A stretch of 54,225 nucleotides of DNA, taken from positions 69,015,776 through 69,070,000 of the forward strand of contig NW_024704746.1 of NCBI RefSeq assembly GCF_018977255.1, given 5' to 3'. Position 1 is the stretch's first letter; each line of letters starts with the position of its first letter. Of the stretch, positions 19,101-30,769 are shown piece by piece. The notes beneath the pieces were generated by a model, which saw only the letters and a program-made list of their open reading frames with translations, was not told the origin of the DNA and ran no database searches. A program made the translations under genes and the position numbers. The stretch comes from Callorhinchus milii (lineage: Eukaryota).

Positions 19101-22100
19101 CTCAGCTCCGCCATCACCAGGTAGGCAGTGTGGGCACAAGCACTGGCCATGGCCTCCTCAACCCCCGAGCATCCGTCCTGCAGGGTCACTCCCGCAGCCG
19201 GCACTGGGCAGGGCTTACAGGTCAGCCCCAGGCCCGGCTCCCCCACCCCCACTGCCTCCATGTCCAGGTCGGAGGCTGGGGACAGGGTCTCGCTGAAGGA
19301 GTTGGTGTTGATCCAGGACTCGTTGCGGGCAGCGAGGGAGCCCTGGGACATCAGGGTGTTCACCATGTTGGTGAGAAGCCAGGGTGAGTCTGAGCTGTCA
19401 CTCAGCTCATTGTCCGAGTCCTGCTCCGAGCATGACCAGTCTGACTCCTCACCCACCCCATCCTTCGCCAACTTGACCTCGGCCACCCCCTCCTCGCCTA
19501 CCCCCATCTCACTCATCTCCGCCTTGTCCTCGCCCATTGCCTCCTCGCCCACCCCATCCTTGCCCACCCCCAACTCCTGCCATTTGGGGCTTGGAGCCCG
19601 GCTCAGGGTGATGTCCAGATACATGGGCCTGGCAGTGCCCTTCTTGTCTGAGCCACACCCCTGCCCCTTGGTATCTGAGTGACAGCCACCCCCTTCAGTG
19701 TATGTGCGGCAGCCCCTCTCCTCGATAGTGACTTGCTGCCCCCCGATGCCCGGCCAGGACTGTCCAGTGTCCTGGAGGCGGCAGTGCCAGGTGGTGGTGG
19801 GCAGTGGCGGTCCATGGATGGGTGCCTTTGCGGAGCGTGGGGGCTCGCGGGCGGGGGGGCTGCTGATGGCTGTCTCCCAGTCAATGTCGGCCTCGGAGCT
19901 GGGCGAGCTGGCCTCCTCGATGGAGTTGGTGAGATGTGAGGAGCGGCCGCTCGTGCTCTCACTGCTCACGTCCAGCTCTGTCTCCGAGATAGAGGAGATC
20001 ATCTTACAGACTGTGCCCTCGCGGGTCAGTGCGCCCAGCTCCCCCCCCAGCCCCAGCTCAGAATCCAAGTCTGAATCTGAGTCGGAGCCGGTCCTGTCCT
20101 GGCTGGCTGGGAACGCTGGCAGGAAACGCCGGGTGCTCTTGCTGGTCAGATCGGCCACGATGCCAGGGTCGGAGGAGGGAGAACCTGAGTCACTGGCGGA
20201 TGCGGGCGGCTGCCGGTAGCTGGTATCACCGGGGGGAACAGAGTGGGCATCGGCCCCGGGCGCCCAGGAGAGAGATATGTCCTCCTGGCTTACTTCCCCG
20301 TCCCCCCGGTACTCGCTCAGTGGCCCCCTCATCTGCTCAGGCCCACACCTATCCTCCAGACCCAGGCCTGGCAAGGCTGGGGGCTCGGTGATTGCCTGGT
20401 GTTTACCGGCTGAGCCCGGGAGCCAGGGCTGGTGCTGAGCCTCAGGGTCAGGCCTGGGTTTGCCAACTGTAGCTGAGGTCATGCCCTCCCTGGCCGTATG
20501 TGGTTGTGGTGTGGCTGCGGGGCCTGGCACTGCCCTCAGCTCTTGTGGAGGTGGCGAGCCTGGCATAGAGGCCGAGGGTTTAGCCGGGATCCGCGACTCT
20601 GGCGACACCACATTCATGTTGAGATCTTGTAAGACTGTCCCGCTGTTGCCGAGCTTCGGGCCATGGGTGGGCTGGACAGGCACGGCTGGCACCGGGGGGC
20701 TGCAGCTCCCCCCACCCGCTCGCAGAGGCATCTCCTCATCACAGCCAGGGCCCACGGTGCTGTGCCTGCGAGGCCCGTCCAGCACACAGCAATGTGAACT
20801 CAGGCACCCTGTACACACACCGAGAGAGAGAGAGAGGGTCAGTGTACAGTACACAGCGAGAGAGAGGGAGAGTAACATCGCAGAGCATGAGACAGACAGA
20901 GAGAGGGACAGAGTGAGAGAGAGAGGGACGGAGGGAGAGAGAGAGAGGGAGAGACGGATAGACAGGCAAGCAGTACTCACCAGCTGGGGAGTGTGTATGG
21001 AGGAGAGCCTCCTGCCAGCTACCTTTCCGTGGAGAATAACTGGAATTATTGTTATTGTTCAGAGAATCCTGAAACATAGAAAGACACTGATTAGCCCATC
21101 AACACTGTCACTGATACCACGCTCACACGCCTGGGAGTGGGGCAGGCAGGGGGTGTGGGACACTGACCTGGGAGAGGGGCAGGCTGGGGTGTGGGACACT
21201 GACCTGGGAGTGGGGCAGGCTGGGGGTGTGGGACACTGACCTGGGAGTGGGGCAGGCAGGGGGTGTGGGACACTGACCTGGGAGTGGGGCAGGCTGGGGG
21301 TGTGGGACACTGACCTGGGAGTGGGGCAGGCAGGGGGTGTGGGACACTGACCTGGGAGTGGGGCAGGCTGGGGGTGTGGGACACTGACCTGGGAGTGGGG
21401 CAGGCTGGGGGTGACGTTCAGGCTGGTGGGGCGGCTCTGGGTGCTGCAGGCAGAGGGAGAGGGGAGCTCACTATCCTCTGCGTCGTCTGTGTCGTCAATC
21501 ATCTCAAATTCCTGTAGGTCTTCGTGGAAGGAGCCCAGCTCGGTCACAGCCTGGGGCGCTGCCTTCCCCTCCAAGAGCGGCCCGTCCTGTCGGGTCACAG
21601 ACAGTCAATAATAATAATACTTACATTTGACACAGCGCCTTATCACGTCCTCGAGACGTCTCAAAGCGCTTCACAGGATACACTGTAAAGTGAATTCACT
21701 GTATATTTTGTGGGTGAAACGCGGCACCCAATTGCGCACAGGAGTGTAAACAGATGTGGAATGAGTGATTAAATTATTATTTTATTTTCTGAAGGGATTA
21801 TTACCCCCGGAAAGCGATCCGCCAATTGATTAAAAAATGGGATCCTACTTACTGCGAGGTGAACAGAGGTGTGTGGAGTAAGAAAACTTACTTGCGTTTC
21901 ACCCTTGCAAAGTCCTTGCAAGGCAAGTGCTCTAACCACTAAGCTACAGGACTCCATGTTAGACGGGACCCAAGACTGAGACTCACAGGGAACAGCCTCA
22001 GTCACGTGTAGTGACTGTGTATCTTATAGGTCAACCTGGTAGACAAACCCCGCATAAAATCCCTCATTGACTTCACAGCTGTTTGCTGGCTGTTGCTACG

Positions 22101-24267
22101 CACAAATCAGCTGCTGCGTTCATCTACAAACACACAGTAAATCTTGTGACTTGTTTTGCGATGCCCTTCCCACGTGATAACGTGCTGTATCGAATGCAAG
22201 GTTAGCAATATTAATAATAATCTTACATTTGATATCGTATCTTATTACATCGTCAAGATGTCTCGTTTTATGGCATATACTGTAAAGCGTAGGGAATTTT
22301 GTAATTTGTGTAATTTGCAGACAAACGCAGCAGCCAATTTGTATACAACAATGTTCCACTAATAACCATGAAGTGAGTGAGTGATTTTATCGGGGGATTG
22401 TGGTGAGGATACCAAGAGAGAGAATCTCTCTTCTCTTTTCCAATAGTCTCATGGAATTTGTAATGCCTGTCTGAACAGACAAATGGGGTTTAACATCTCA
22501 TCAGAAGAACAGCACCTCCGACAACGCAGAGCACCCCCAGCACTGCACTGGAGACTATATGGGTTCCAAGGGCTGATGTGGAGCTTAAACCCACAACCAT
22601 CTTAGTTACGGTGTCCGCAGGGGGCATTCAGCAGGCTCCCTCACCTTGTCGTAGGGATCAGAATCATAGTTGAGACCAAGGCCACAGTCATCGGTAATCT
22701 CTGAGAGGTCTTCATCATCAAACTCCTCCAGGCTGATGTCATGGGCAGATCTGTGCAGGTCAGTCACAATTGGGACAGAGGACACAGGCAGCCAGAGACA
22801 GGCAGTGAGTGTGAGTGGAGATGGTCAGTGTGAGTCAGTGTGAGTGCAACAATAACAAATGACATTTACACAGCACCTATCACGTTGGGAGAAGGTCCCA
22901 AGTGCTGGACAATAATAATAATGATGAGAGGTTTGCTGGGTGTTGGGATCAGAGAGAGGTGCAAAGGTCAAGGGGGGTGGGGGAGAAAAGGTAAACGAAG
23001 GCGTGGTCAAAGAGGAAGGTCTTGAGATGGACTTTGAGGGAGGCAATGGAAGGGCCGAGGAGGAGAGTCTGCGGGATGGAGTTCTAGAGGTTAGGGGCAG
23101 AAAGGCTGAAGGCCTGCCCGATGGTGGAACGGGCAGAGCAGGAGCCATGGAGCAGGCCAGTGCCCGCTGAGAGCAGAGGTTGGTCGCAGAGTTAGGGAGG
23201 ACCAATTATGAGGCAAGACTGTAGAGGGCTTTAAAGGTGAGGACAAGGTTTTGAACTCAATCCTCTGTGGGATAGGGAGGCAATGAAGCCGGGCAAGGAT
23301 GGAGGTGCAGGAGAGGGAGGACTCACGGAATAACAGAGAGAGAGACACACACACGAACATAAAGATACAGAGATATGGATCACAAAGATAGTCATAGAGA
23401 TACACAGACACACAGAGATGCACAAAATCGAACAAACACACACAGGTAGACCGGCACACACTCAGATAGACACACAGAAACTGGAGGAGGCCATTCAGCA
23501 CCTCGAGCCTGTTCCGCCATTCTATCAGATCATGGCTGATCTGTACCTCAACTCCAATTACCAGCCTTTGCCCCATATCCTTTGATGTCCTGACCTGACA
23601 AACATCTCTCCTCCTCAGTCCTGAAAACACACAGACAGACAGACACACACACACAGATAGGCAGACACAAACAAATACACACACACACACACACAGATAG
23701 ACCTCCCCCCCCCCCCACCATCACCCCACAGAGGCACACACACACACACACAAAGATAGACACTCGCACACACACAGATAGACCCCACTCACCCCACACA
23801 ACAAAGACACACAGATGCTGTGGAGACTGGGTAGGGCAGGGCTGGCAGGGCAGGGCTGGCAGGGCTGGGCTGGGAGGGCAGGGCAGGGCTGGCAGGGCAG
23901 GGCTGGGCTGGCAGGGCTGGCAGGGCAGGGCTGGCAGGGCAGGGCAGGGCTGGCAGGGCAGGGCTGGGAGGGCAGGGCAGGGCTGGCAGGGCAGGGCTGG
24001 GCTGGAGGGCAGGCAGGGCAGGGCAGGGCTGGCAGGGCAGGGCTGGGCTGGCAGGGCTGGGCTGGCAGGGCAGGACTGGCAGGGCAGGGTAGGGAGGGAG
24101 CCTGGCAGCAGTAAACAGGCAGTCCCTGGGGCTGGGGGGGCGCGTTACCCCCTGTTGTATGCAGTTCAAGCCGAGGCGCTGATCACACACACAGTCACTT
24201 ACCTGCAGCCCGGGGGCGAGAGCGAGTGGAAAGTTGACAATGAAAACATCTGCGTTGGGTCCGCCAT
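13192..24267 (-). CDS. MAPK8IP2: JNK-interacting protein 2 (JIP2/IB2), ~1195 aa, 12 exons
   Basis: Exons 24267-24203 ([22 protein letters not shown]), 22750-22645 ([24 protein letters not shown]), 21586-21389 (RPTSLNV), 21068-20981 (DSLNNN), 20808-18400 (…[12 protein letters not shown]…[14 protein letters not shown]), 17568-17493, 17203-17031 (SH3), 16890-16781, 16704-16585, 15239-15169, 14192-14094 (PTB), 13264-13192 ([10 protein letters not shown]). All GT-AG and in phase; total 3588 nt. Confidence 0.96.
13318..13842 (+). repeat. ~51-bp minisatellite CACTCCCAGGTCAGGGTTAGAGACACAGTAAAGCTCCTCTACACTGTGTGTCCA
   Basis: About 10 copies. Same family at 17670-18272 and 48080-48740. Confidence 0.92.
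14483..14835 (+). mobile_element. tRNA-derived SINE, same family
   Basis: AGCTCAGCGGTTAGAG…GGGTTTGATTCCC head, shared body, and GGATTATTATT tail. Confidence 0.8.
15275..16563 (+). repeat. 16-19-bp minisatellite CCAACCC(C/T)CACCCTCACTG filling most of MAPK8IP2 intron 9
   Basis: About 1.3 kb of tandem units; source of the spurious 551- and 555-aa ORFs. Confidence 0.95.
17670..18272 (+). repeat. ~51-bp minisatellite, second array
   Basis: Same unit as 13318-13842. Confidence 0.92.
21130..21412 (-). repeat. 37-bp minisatellite containing the MAPK8IP2 exon 3 splice donor
   Basis: Seven copies of CAG|GTCAGTG on the minus strand at 36-37-nt spacing. Confidence 0.9.
21608..21955 (-). mobile_element. 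tRNA-derived SINE, same family
   Basis: Ends in gctctaaccactaagctacaggactcc (reverse complement of the head); (TAA)n tail at ~21608. Confidence 0.8.
23830..24092 (+). repeat. (GGGCA/GGGCT/GGCA)n G-rich repeat
   Basis: Direct inspection. Confidence 0.88.
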
Positions 24268-24933
24268 GTTCTGCCGCAAACAGACAGCCGCGTCCCGCAA
24301 GGACAGGTACACACAGCCACCGCCTCACCGCACCCGCAGCTCACACATCACACCCCGTCTGTCTGTCTGTCTGTCTGTCTGTCTGGGGCTCAGGCCAACC
24401 CTTCACCCCGGGGGGTGAGCCCCGCACACACACAGAGACACAGAGACACACACACAGACACACAGAGACACACACACAGACACACACCCGCACACAGAGG
24501 CTGCTGTGGCACTGAGGTCGGTCAGGCTGTCTCTCGCTCTGTTTCTCTCTCTGGTTATTTTTTTCCTCTCTGGCTCTCTCTCTGTCTGTCTCCCTGTCTG
24601 TCCCCCTCTGGTCCCTCTCTCTGTCCCCCTCTGGTCTCTCCCCGTCTGTCTGTCTGTCTCCCTCTGGTCTCTCTCTGTCTCCCTCTGGTCTCTCCCTGTC
24701 TGTCTGTCTGTCTGTCTGTCTGTCTCCCTCTGGTCTCTCTCTGTCCCCCTCTGGTCCCTCTCTCTGTCCCCCCCTCTCAGTGACTCTCAGGGCTGCCGGA
24801 GCCGCTGAGCCGCTGCAGTGCTATCAATTGGCATCACTCTGCAGTCGGCCAAACCCCCACATACACTGTGCAGAGGAATATTGCAGATAAACCAGGGAGG
24901 CGCACAGCCGTGACACCTTCCGTGCGTCAGCGT

Positions 24934-25395
24934 GGGGGGGGGGGGGGGACTGAGGGAAGGGAGGGGGACTGAGGGAAGGGAGGGGGACTGAGGGAAGGGA
25001 GGGGGACTGAGGGAAGGGGGGGGGACTGAGGGAAGGGGGGGGGACTGAGGGAAGGGGGGGGACTGAGGGAAGGGGGGGGACTGAGGGAAGGGAGGGGGAC
25101 TGAGGGAAGGGAGGGGGACTGAGGGAAGGGGGGGGACTGAGGGAAGGGGGGGGGGACTGAGGGAAGGGGGGGGGACTGAGGGAAGGGGGGGGGGACTGAG
25201 GGAAGGGGGGGGACTGAGGGAAGGGGGGGACTGAGGGAAGGGGGGGGACTGAGGGAAGGAGGGAGGGGGACTGAGGGAAGGGGGGGGGACTGAGGGAAGG
25301 GGGGGGACTGAGGGAAGGGGGGGGACTGAGGGAAGGGGGGGGGACTGAGGGAAGGGGGGGGGACTGAGGGAAGGGGGGGGACTGAGGGAAGGGGA
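24934..25395 (+). repeat. G-rich minisatellite G(n)ACTGAGGGAA upstream of MAPK8IP2
   Basis: About 24 units with long G tracts. Confidence 0.9.
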
Positions 25396-25511
25396 GAGAC
25401 ACTGAAAGAGAGGGAAGGAGAAACACTGGGAGAAAGAGAAAGACTGAGAGGGAGGGAGACTGGGAGGGAAGGAGGGAGGGAGAAGGAAATGTGCACTTGG
25501 CAATGTGTCAG

Positions 25512-25872
25512 NNNNNNNNNNNNNNNNNNNNNNNNNNNNNNNNNNNNNNNNNNNNNNNNNNNNNNNNNNNNNNNNNNNNNNNNNNNNNNNNNNNNNNNNN
25601 NNNNNNNNNNNNNNNNNNNNNNNNNNNNNNNNNNNNNNNNNNNNNNNNNNNNNNNNNNNNNNNNNNNNNNNNNNNNNNNNNNNNNNNNNNNNNNNNNNNN
25701 NNNNNNNNNNNNNNNNNNNNNNNNNNNNNNNNNNNNNNNNNNNNNNNNNNNNNNNNNNNNNNNNNNNNNNNNNNNNNNNNNNNNNNNNNNNNNNNNNNNN
25801 NNNNNNNNNNNNNNNNNNNNNNNNNNNNNNNNNNNNNNNNNNNNNNNNNNNNNNNNNNNNNNNNNNNNNNNN
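25512..25872. other. Assembly gap (N run)
   Basis: Run of n. Confidence 0.99.
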
Positions 25873-25877
25873 GGTGA

Positions 25878-25905
25878 GGAGCTGTCCACAGCTCCTGGTG
25901 CTGAA
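25878..25905 (-). promoter_or_regulatory. Non-canonical (spaced) RE1/NRSE REST-binding site upstream of MAPK8IP2
   Basis: Minus strand reads TTCAGCACC-aggagctgt-GGACAGCTCC: a perfect left half-site and a near-perfect right half-site (consensus GGACAGCGCC) separated by 9 nt. Confidence 0.6.
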
Positions 25906-26219
25906 CCCGCTGCTGCCCTCAGCTCTACCGCATTCGACACCCCCCACCCCCACCCCCCCCCCCGGTCAGGGAAGGCCGGAACCCTCCCTCTCTGCAGCCA
26001 CACACCCCCTCCCTCTCTGCTGCACTCACAGGGGCTCAGAACACAATATGTCGCCCACAAAACATAGTCAGTTCACTTTACAGTCCATTCTGTGAAGCGC
26101 TTGAGACGTGAATCGGCTCCATATCAAACACAAGGATTGTTTATTCATTTAACATGAGAACCTGGAGGCCAAAGGAGACCCAGGTCCAGTTTGCCTTCCA
26201 CCATCCTGGCAGTTGTTGG

Positions 26220-27085
26220 CAAACTATATACTGTATCCGCAGATATTACTTTCCACCACAAATCCATCTCACTTGTTCTTGACGCTAAGAACTCTCCGAT
26301 CCCGTACCCAACCTGAGCGTCAGGTTCGACCCCCAATTTTCCTTCCTCCCCCACATCCGGTCCCTCACCAGCACCGCTTTACTTCTCCATCGATACCTCT
26401 CCCCAAAAGCCGCTGAAACCCTGGTCCAGGCCTTTGTCACCTCTCGGCTGGACTACTCCAACGCCCTCCTCGCCGGTCTCCCCTCCACTACCGTCCATAA
26501 AATCCAACTCATTCAGAACTCTGCCGCCCGCATTCTCACCCGCACCAAACTCCACTCCCCCCAGTCCTGGCCCTCCCCCCCACCCCCCACCCCCAAACCC
26601 CACCCCCCGACCCCCCCAGTCCTGGCCCTCCCCCACCCCCAAACTCCGCTCCCAGACTCCCCCAGTCCTGGCCAGACTGCACTGGCTCCTGTCCCAGAGA
26701 GGATCGATGTCAAGATCCTCACCCTTGTATTCAAGTCCCTGCACTCCTCTGCACCCCCCGACCTCTCTGACCTCCTCTCTCCTCAAAACAGTACCCATTG
26801 CCTTTGTTCCTCCGGGTCTGGCCTCCTCCTCGTCCCCCAAGTCCTCCGCTCCACCCTCAGCGGCCGTGCTTTCAGCCACTACGCCCCGAGGCTCTGGAAC
26901 TGCCTTCCTCACTCCCTTCGCCTCGCCCCCTCCCTTCCTATTTTCAGGTCTCTGCTGAAGACCTTTCTTTTTGACCGCGCCTTTGGTCACCTTCCCCCGG
27001 CTCCTCCCCCTCCCCTCCCCCTGTGAAGCGCTCTGAGACACCGTCCAGCATGGAGGGCGCTATATAAATCCAAGTTGCTGCTGCT
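26220..27085 (+). mobile_element. Degraded L2/CR1-clade LINE 3' fragment
   Basis: Frameshifted RT C-terminal remnants (AFVTSRLDYSNALL, IQNSAARILT, PVLARLHWL, RAFSHYAPRLWN) followed by a tail. Related fragments at 5255-5500, 14840-15100(-), 22860-23320(-), 34450-34820(-), 37560-37985 and 40730-41155. Confidence 0.75.
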
Positions 27086-27784
27086 GTTGTTGACACAAAC
27101 GACACTTTCTGCTTCCACCGTCTGTCTCTCTCAGGAACCTGTTCCATACGTTTACTACTCACTCACTGAACTAGTGTCCCCGCAGATTGGTTCTGAACCA
27201 TGACCGAGAAACGTTTGGACAGGGGGCTTCAACACCATAAGCTTAACCTCCATTGGGACCTTACTGTCCTCAGAAAGGGAGCCACCAGAGTGCCCTGCTC
27301 TGCGCAGCCCTTCAGCAAACGTTGGCGTCCATCACGAACACTAGTTACCAATACAAATCAACAATTGGGATTGATGCCCCAATCAATACCCTCAACGTTC
27401 GCTGTTGCACTGTGCAGAACCATGACCACCCTCGGGGGTACCCACCATCATGTCCCACCGTGTTCAAGATAGTGCAGAAGGCTCCCAGGTGAGCCAGCAG
27501 GTACCATATCTTCTGCAAACAGAAACAATCCTCTCAGAGGGCCTGAAACACATACACCAAGTCTTTCCCCCTCAATGCTTAGGCCTAAAAGGGTTGTTAC
27601 AAGGAAAGGCTGAGTAAACTTGGATTGTTTTCCCTTGAGTTTAAAAGGTTGAGGAGTGATTTGATTGAGGTGTTTTAAGATGATAACGAGATTTGATAGG
27701 GTAGATACAGAGAAGCTATTTCCTCTGGTGGGGAATCCATAACAATGCGGAATAGTCTGAAAACTAGAACAAGGCCATTCAAGA

Positions 27785-28312
27785 GTGATATAGCGCCTTA
27801 TCACGTCTTCGAGACATCTCAAAGTACTTCACGGCATATACTGTAAAGTGCAGTGACTGTACATTTTGTGGGTAATTGCACATAGTAGTGTCCCACAACA
27901 GTCATGAATTGAATGAGCAAATTATTATTATTTATTTTGAATGGATTATTACTGTTGAGAAACGATCTGCCAATCGACTAACAACCAGGTTCCTACTTAC
28001 TCCTACCTATGCGGTGAGAGCTCTAACCACTAAGCTGCACTGAACAACTGAAACACGTGGAAGAACGATGCTAATTGTGTTTAGAAGTACTTGTGGAGTC
28101 CTGTAGTTCAGTGGTTAGAGCGCTCACCTCGTAAGTGAGAGGACTTGGGCTCTATTCCCAGGCAGGTCAGGGTGAAACCTTCAGCTTGTTTCCTTATTTC
28201 ACACCCCTCTGTTTACCTAGCAGTAAATAGGAACCTGGTTGTTAGTTGACTGGCAGATCGCTTTTCTGGGGGTAATAATGCCTTCAAAAAAATAAAATAA
28301 TAATTTGGTCAC
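27785..28312. mobile_element. Two head-to-head SINE copies (27785-28040 minus, 28095-28312 plus)
   Basis: A reverse-oriented body and head remnant, followed by the plus-strand head GGAGTCCTGTAGTTCAGTGGTTAGAGC. Confidence 0.75.
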
Positions 28313-28547
28313 TTCAGCGGAAAGGAGCGAAGCGGAGCTGTCCCTCTTTCCAACCATTTCTTCAATAATACAGGTTTATTAGTGTGAAACTCCGTAACAG
28401 TTCACGTGTGTGTGAGCACCCAGCAACAGTTCATGTATGTGCACCCCGTAACAGACTGTCGCCTCTGTGTCTGACAGTATAGGTGATCCTTGCGGCTGGT
28501 AGCGGCCCTGGGTTAGAGACCTCCCTCTCCTGCTCAGCGGGTGTCAG

Positions 28548-30588
28548 CTACTTGTCAGCCAGGATCATGTCCACGTAAGCCCCAGTCAGGAGATCTTCCC
28601 GGTGAATCCCCAGCTCAACCATCAGCCGCTCAGCGATCGCCGCCCCCTCCTCCTCACTCTGATCATCATTCATTACCACCTCAGGGACAGACACAGACTT
28701 AGAGACAAAACAACACCTGCTCCCCCATCACTAGCTCCATCTCGCCCCCCCCCCACCCTCCTCCCTGGTCACCTCATTCCACACAACAACACATTAGATT
28801 CACGTCGGGAGGACGTCCCAAGGCACTGGACCGTTGGGGATTCTGAGCTGAGGGTTGGGATCAGGGAGGGTGGAGGGCTGAGGTAGGAGGTTGGCCAAAG
28901 GAGTGGGTCTTGAGACGTGCCTTGAAGGAGGCAAGGGAGGGAGCAAGGCGAAGTGACTGTGGAATGGCGTTCCAAAGGGTGGGGGCAGAACAACAATTTA
29001 CATACGCCCTTCAGATGGCTGATGTCGGAGTCCTTGATAGCAGAGGTTCAACACTGAGTGGAGGTGAGGGGAGGTGACTGAAGGCACGGTTGAAGTTCTG
29101 AGATGTGATTTGAAGACAGGCAAAGAAGAGGCAAGATGGCAGGATTGAGGCTGAGTCCCAGAGATTCAGGATGTAGTGGCATTATCCAGTGATTGTAAAA
29201 GTGTCTCACCTCCAGCTCTACGAAGCTCCCAAGCCCGGACACTTCATCCACATGAACCCGCGTTTGTCCAATGAGGAATAGTTGCCGTTCTTTCGTCACC
29301 TTGCCGTTCACCCCCAGTGCAGCAATCAGCACCTTCTACACACACATCACACAGGCCGATGTCACTGCTACAGTCAGACTCTCCCCCCCACCCCCCCCCC
29401 ACTACACGCACATCGTCCCGCTACTCCCACCCCCCCACACCACACGCCAATGTCACTGCCTATCCCCACCCCCCCCACCCCTCACACACACACTGTACTG
29501 CTCTACCCCACCACAATCACACCACCCCGCTCCCCCCCCAACATACACAATCACACACCCGCACCCTCCTCCCCACACACAATCACATCACCCACTCCCC
29601 CACTCCACTGGAGCACCAGACTAGATTAAGAACCCCAAGTTCCCACATGTGCCTTGAACCCACAGCCTTCTGACTCAGAAGCGAGAGCGCTAACAATTGA
29701 GCAGGACAGACGCCTAAACCTCCCTCCTCCTCTCAGACAGCCTCTAAAAGTACCCACCTTCAGTCCTTGGGGGTCTGCTGTGGGAGAGATGGAATAGTCG
29801 GAGAGTTTGGGACCACCCAGGTCTGGTCTTTGGTAGAATATCAGCTGTCCACTGCCATCCTGCCAAAACAGTGTGAAACAGGTAGAGGGTTAACAAAATC
29901 CTCACATTCCCGTCAAGGATTTTACACACCCACAGGCCTCACGGAGCATCTCCGGCACCTGTAACTGCGCAAGAAGGGAGCACAGCAGCTGGTCTGCACA
30001 GCAAGACCCCACAGATCACCATGAGTTTCCTTACTCCACGCGCCCGTTTATCTTAGCAGTAAGTAGGAACCTGGTTGTTAAGTCGATTGGCGGATCGCTT
30101 TTCCAGGAGTAAAAAACCCTTTAAAAATTTTAATTTTTTTAAAAAAACTACTAATAATTTGGTCACTCGATCCACGACTGTTTGTGGGACGCTGCTGTGT
30201 GCAACCGACTGCCGCGTTTCACCCACAAAATGCACTGTTACTTCACAGTATATTCTATGAAGCGCTTTGAGACATATCAAATGCCGGGAATATTATTGCG
30301 AACAGTGATTCCCCTCCCCAAGGTGGGGCTGGAATCCACACACTCCTGACACAGAGGAGTGTGGGTTTGAGCGGGTGAGCCGGGCAGACCGGGGCTGAAG
30401 CTGTGCCGGTGTCAGGCAGTGCAGTCACTCACCTTCAGGTCACGTAGTTTCAGACGGCCTTCTGGCACATTGAAGAAGACATCTTCCTGGAGGATTAAGG
30501 TCCCCTCTGAGCAACTCAGGCGCTTCGCATTCTCCACCAGAGGCTCCGCGGCTCGGACACGAGCTTTGATCTCAACATTACGTGGCAT
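28548..30588 (-). CDS. CYTH-domain (class IV adenylyl cyclase CyaB-like / triphosphate tunnel metalloenzyme) protein, ~171 aa
   Basis: Phase-0 exons 30588-30433 ([10 protein letters not shown]…[16 protein letters not shown]), 29859-29758 ([19 protein letters not shown]), 29335-29210 ([32 protein letters not shown]), 28679-28548 (VVM…[19 protein letters not shown]). CYTH motifs xxExK, Q-D-FF, RLKLR, K-R, H-D-V-GLG-F-ELE, AY-D. TTTATT polyA signal at 28375-28380. A probable non-coding first exon has its donor at 31560. Confidence 0.9.
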
Positions 30589-30769
30589 TTCAACCTGAAA
30601 CACAGTGAGCAAATTGGAACAAGTGAACCCAGGATTAAACAACAACAACAATAACAATAACAATAATAATAAACAGACACAGAAGTGGTTGGGAGCACTC
30701 AGCGGGTCAGGCAGCATCTATGGAGAGAGGAAAGCGAGTCCACGTTTCGGGTCCTTCGTCAGAACCGCG

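Noticed and set aside
24787-26095. Long ORFs spanning the N gap
   Set aside because: Artefacts of N runs and a G-rich repeat.
28095-28175. tRNA gene
   Set aside because: The tRNA-like A/B-box sequence is the head of a multi-copy SINE and continues into the SINE body. The same applies at ~9510-9581 and ~33660-33731.
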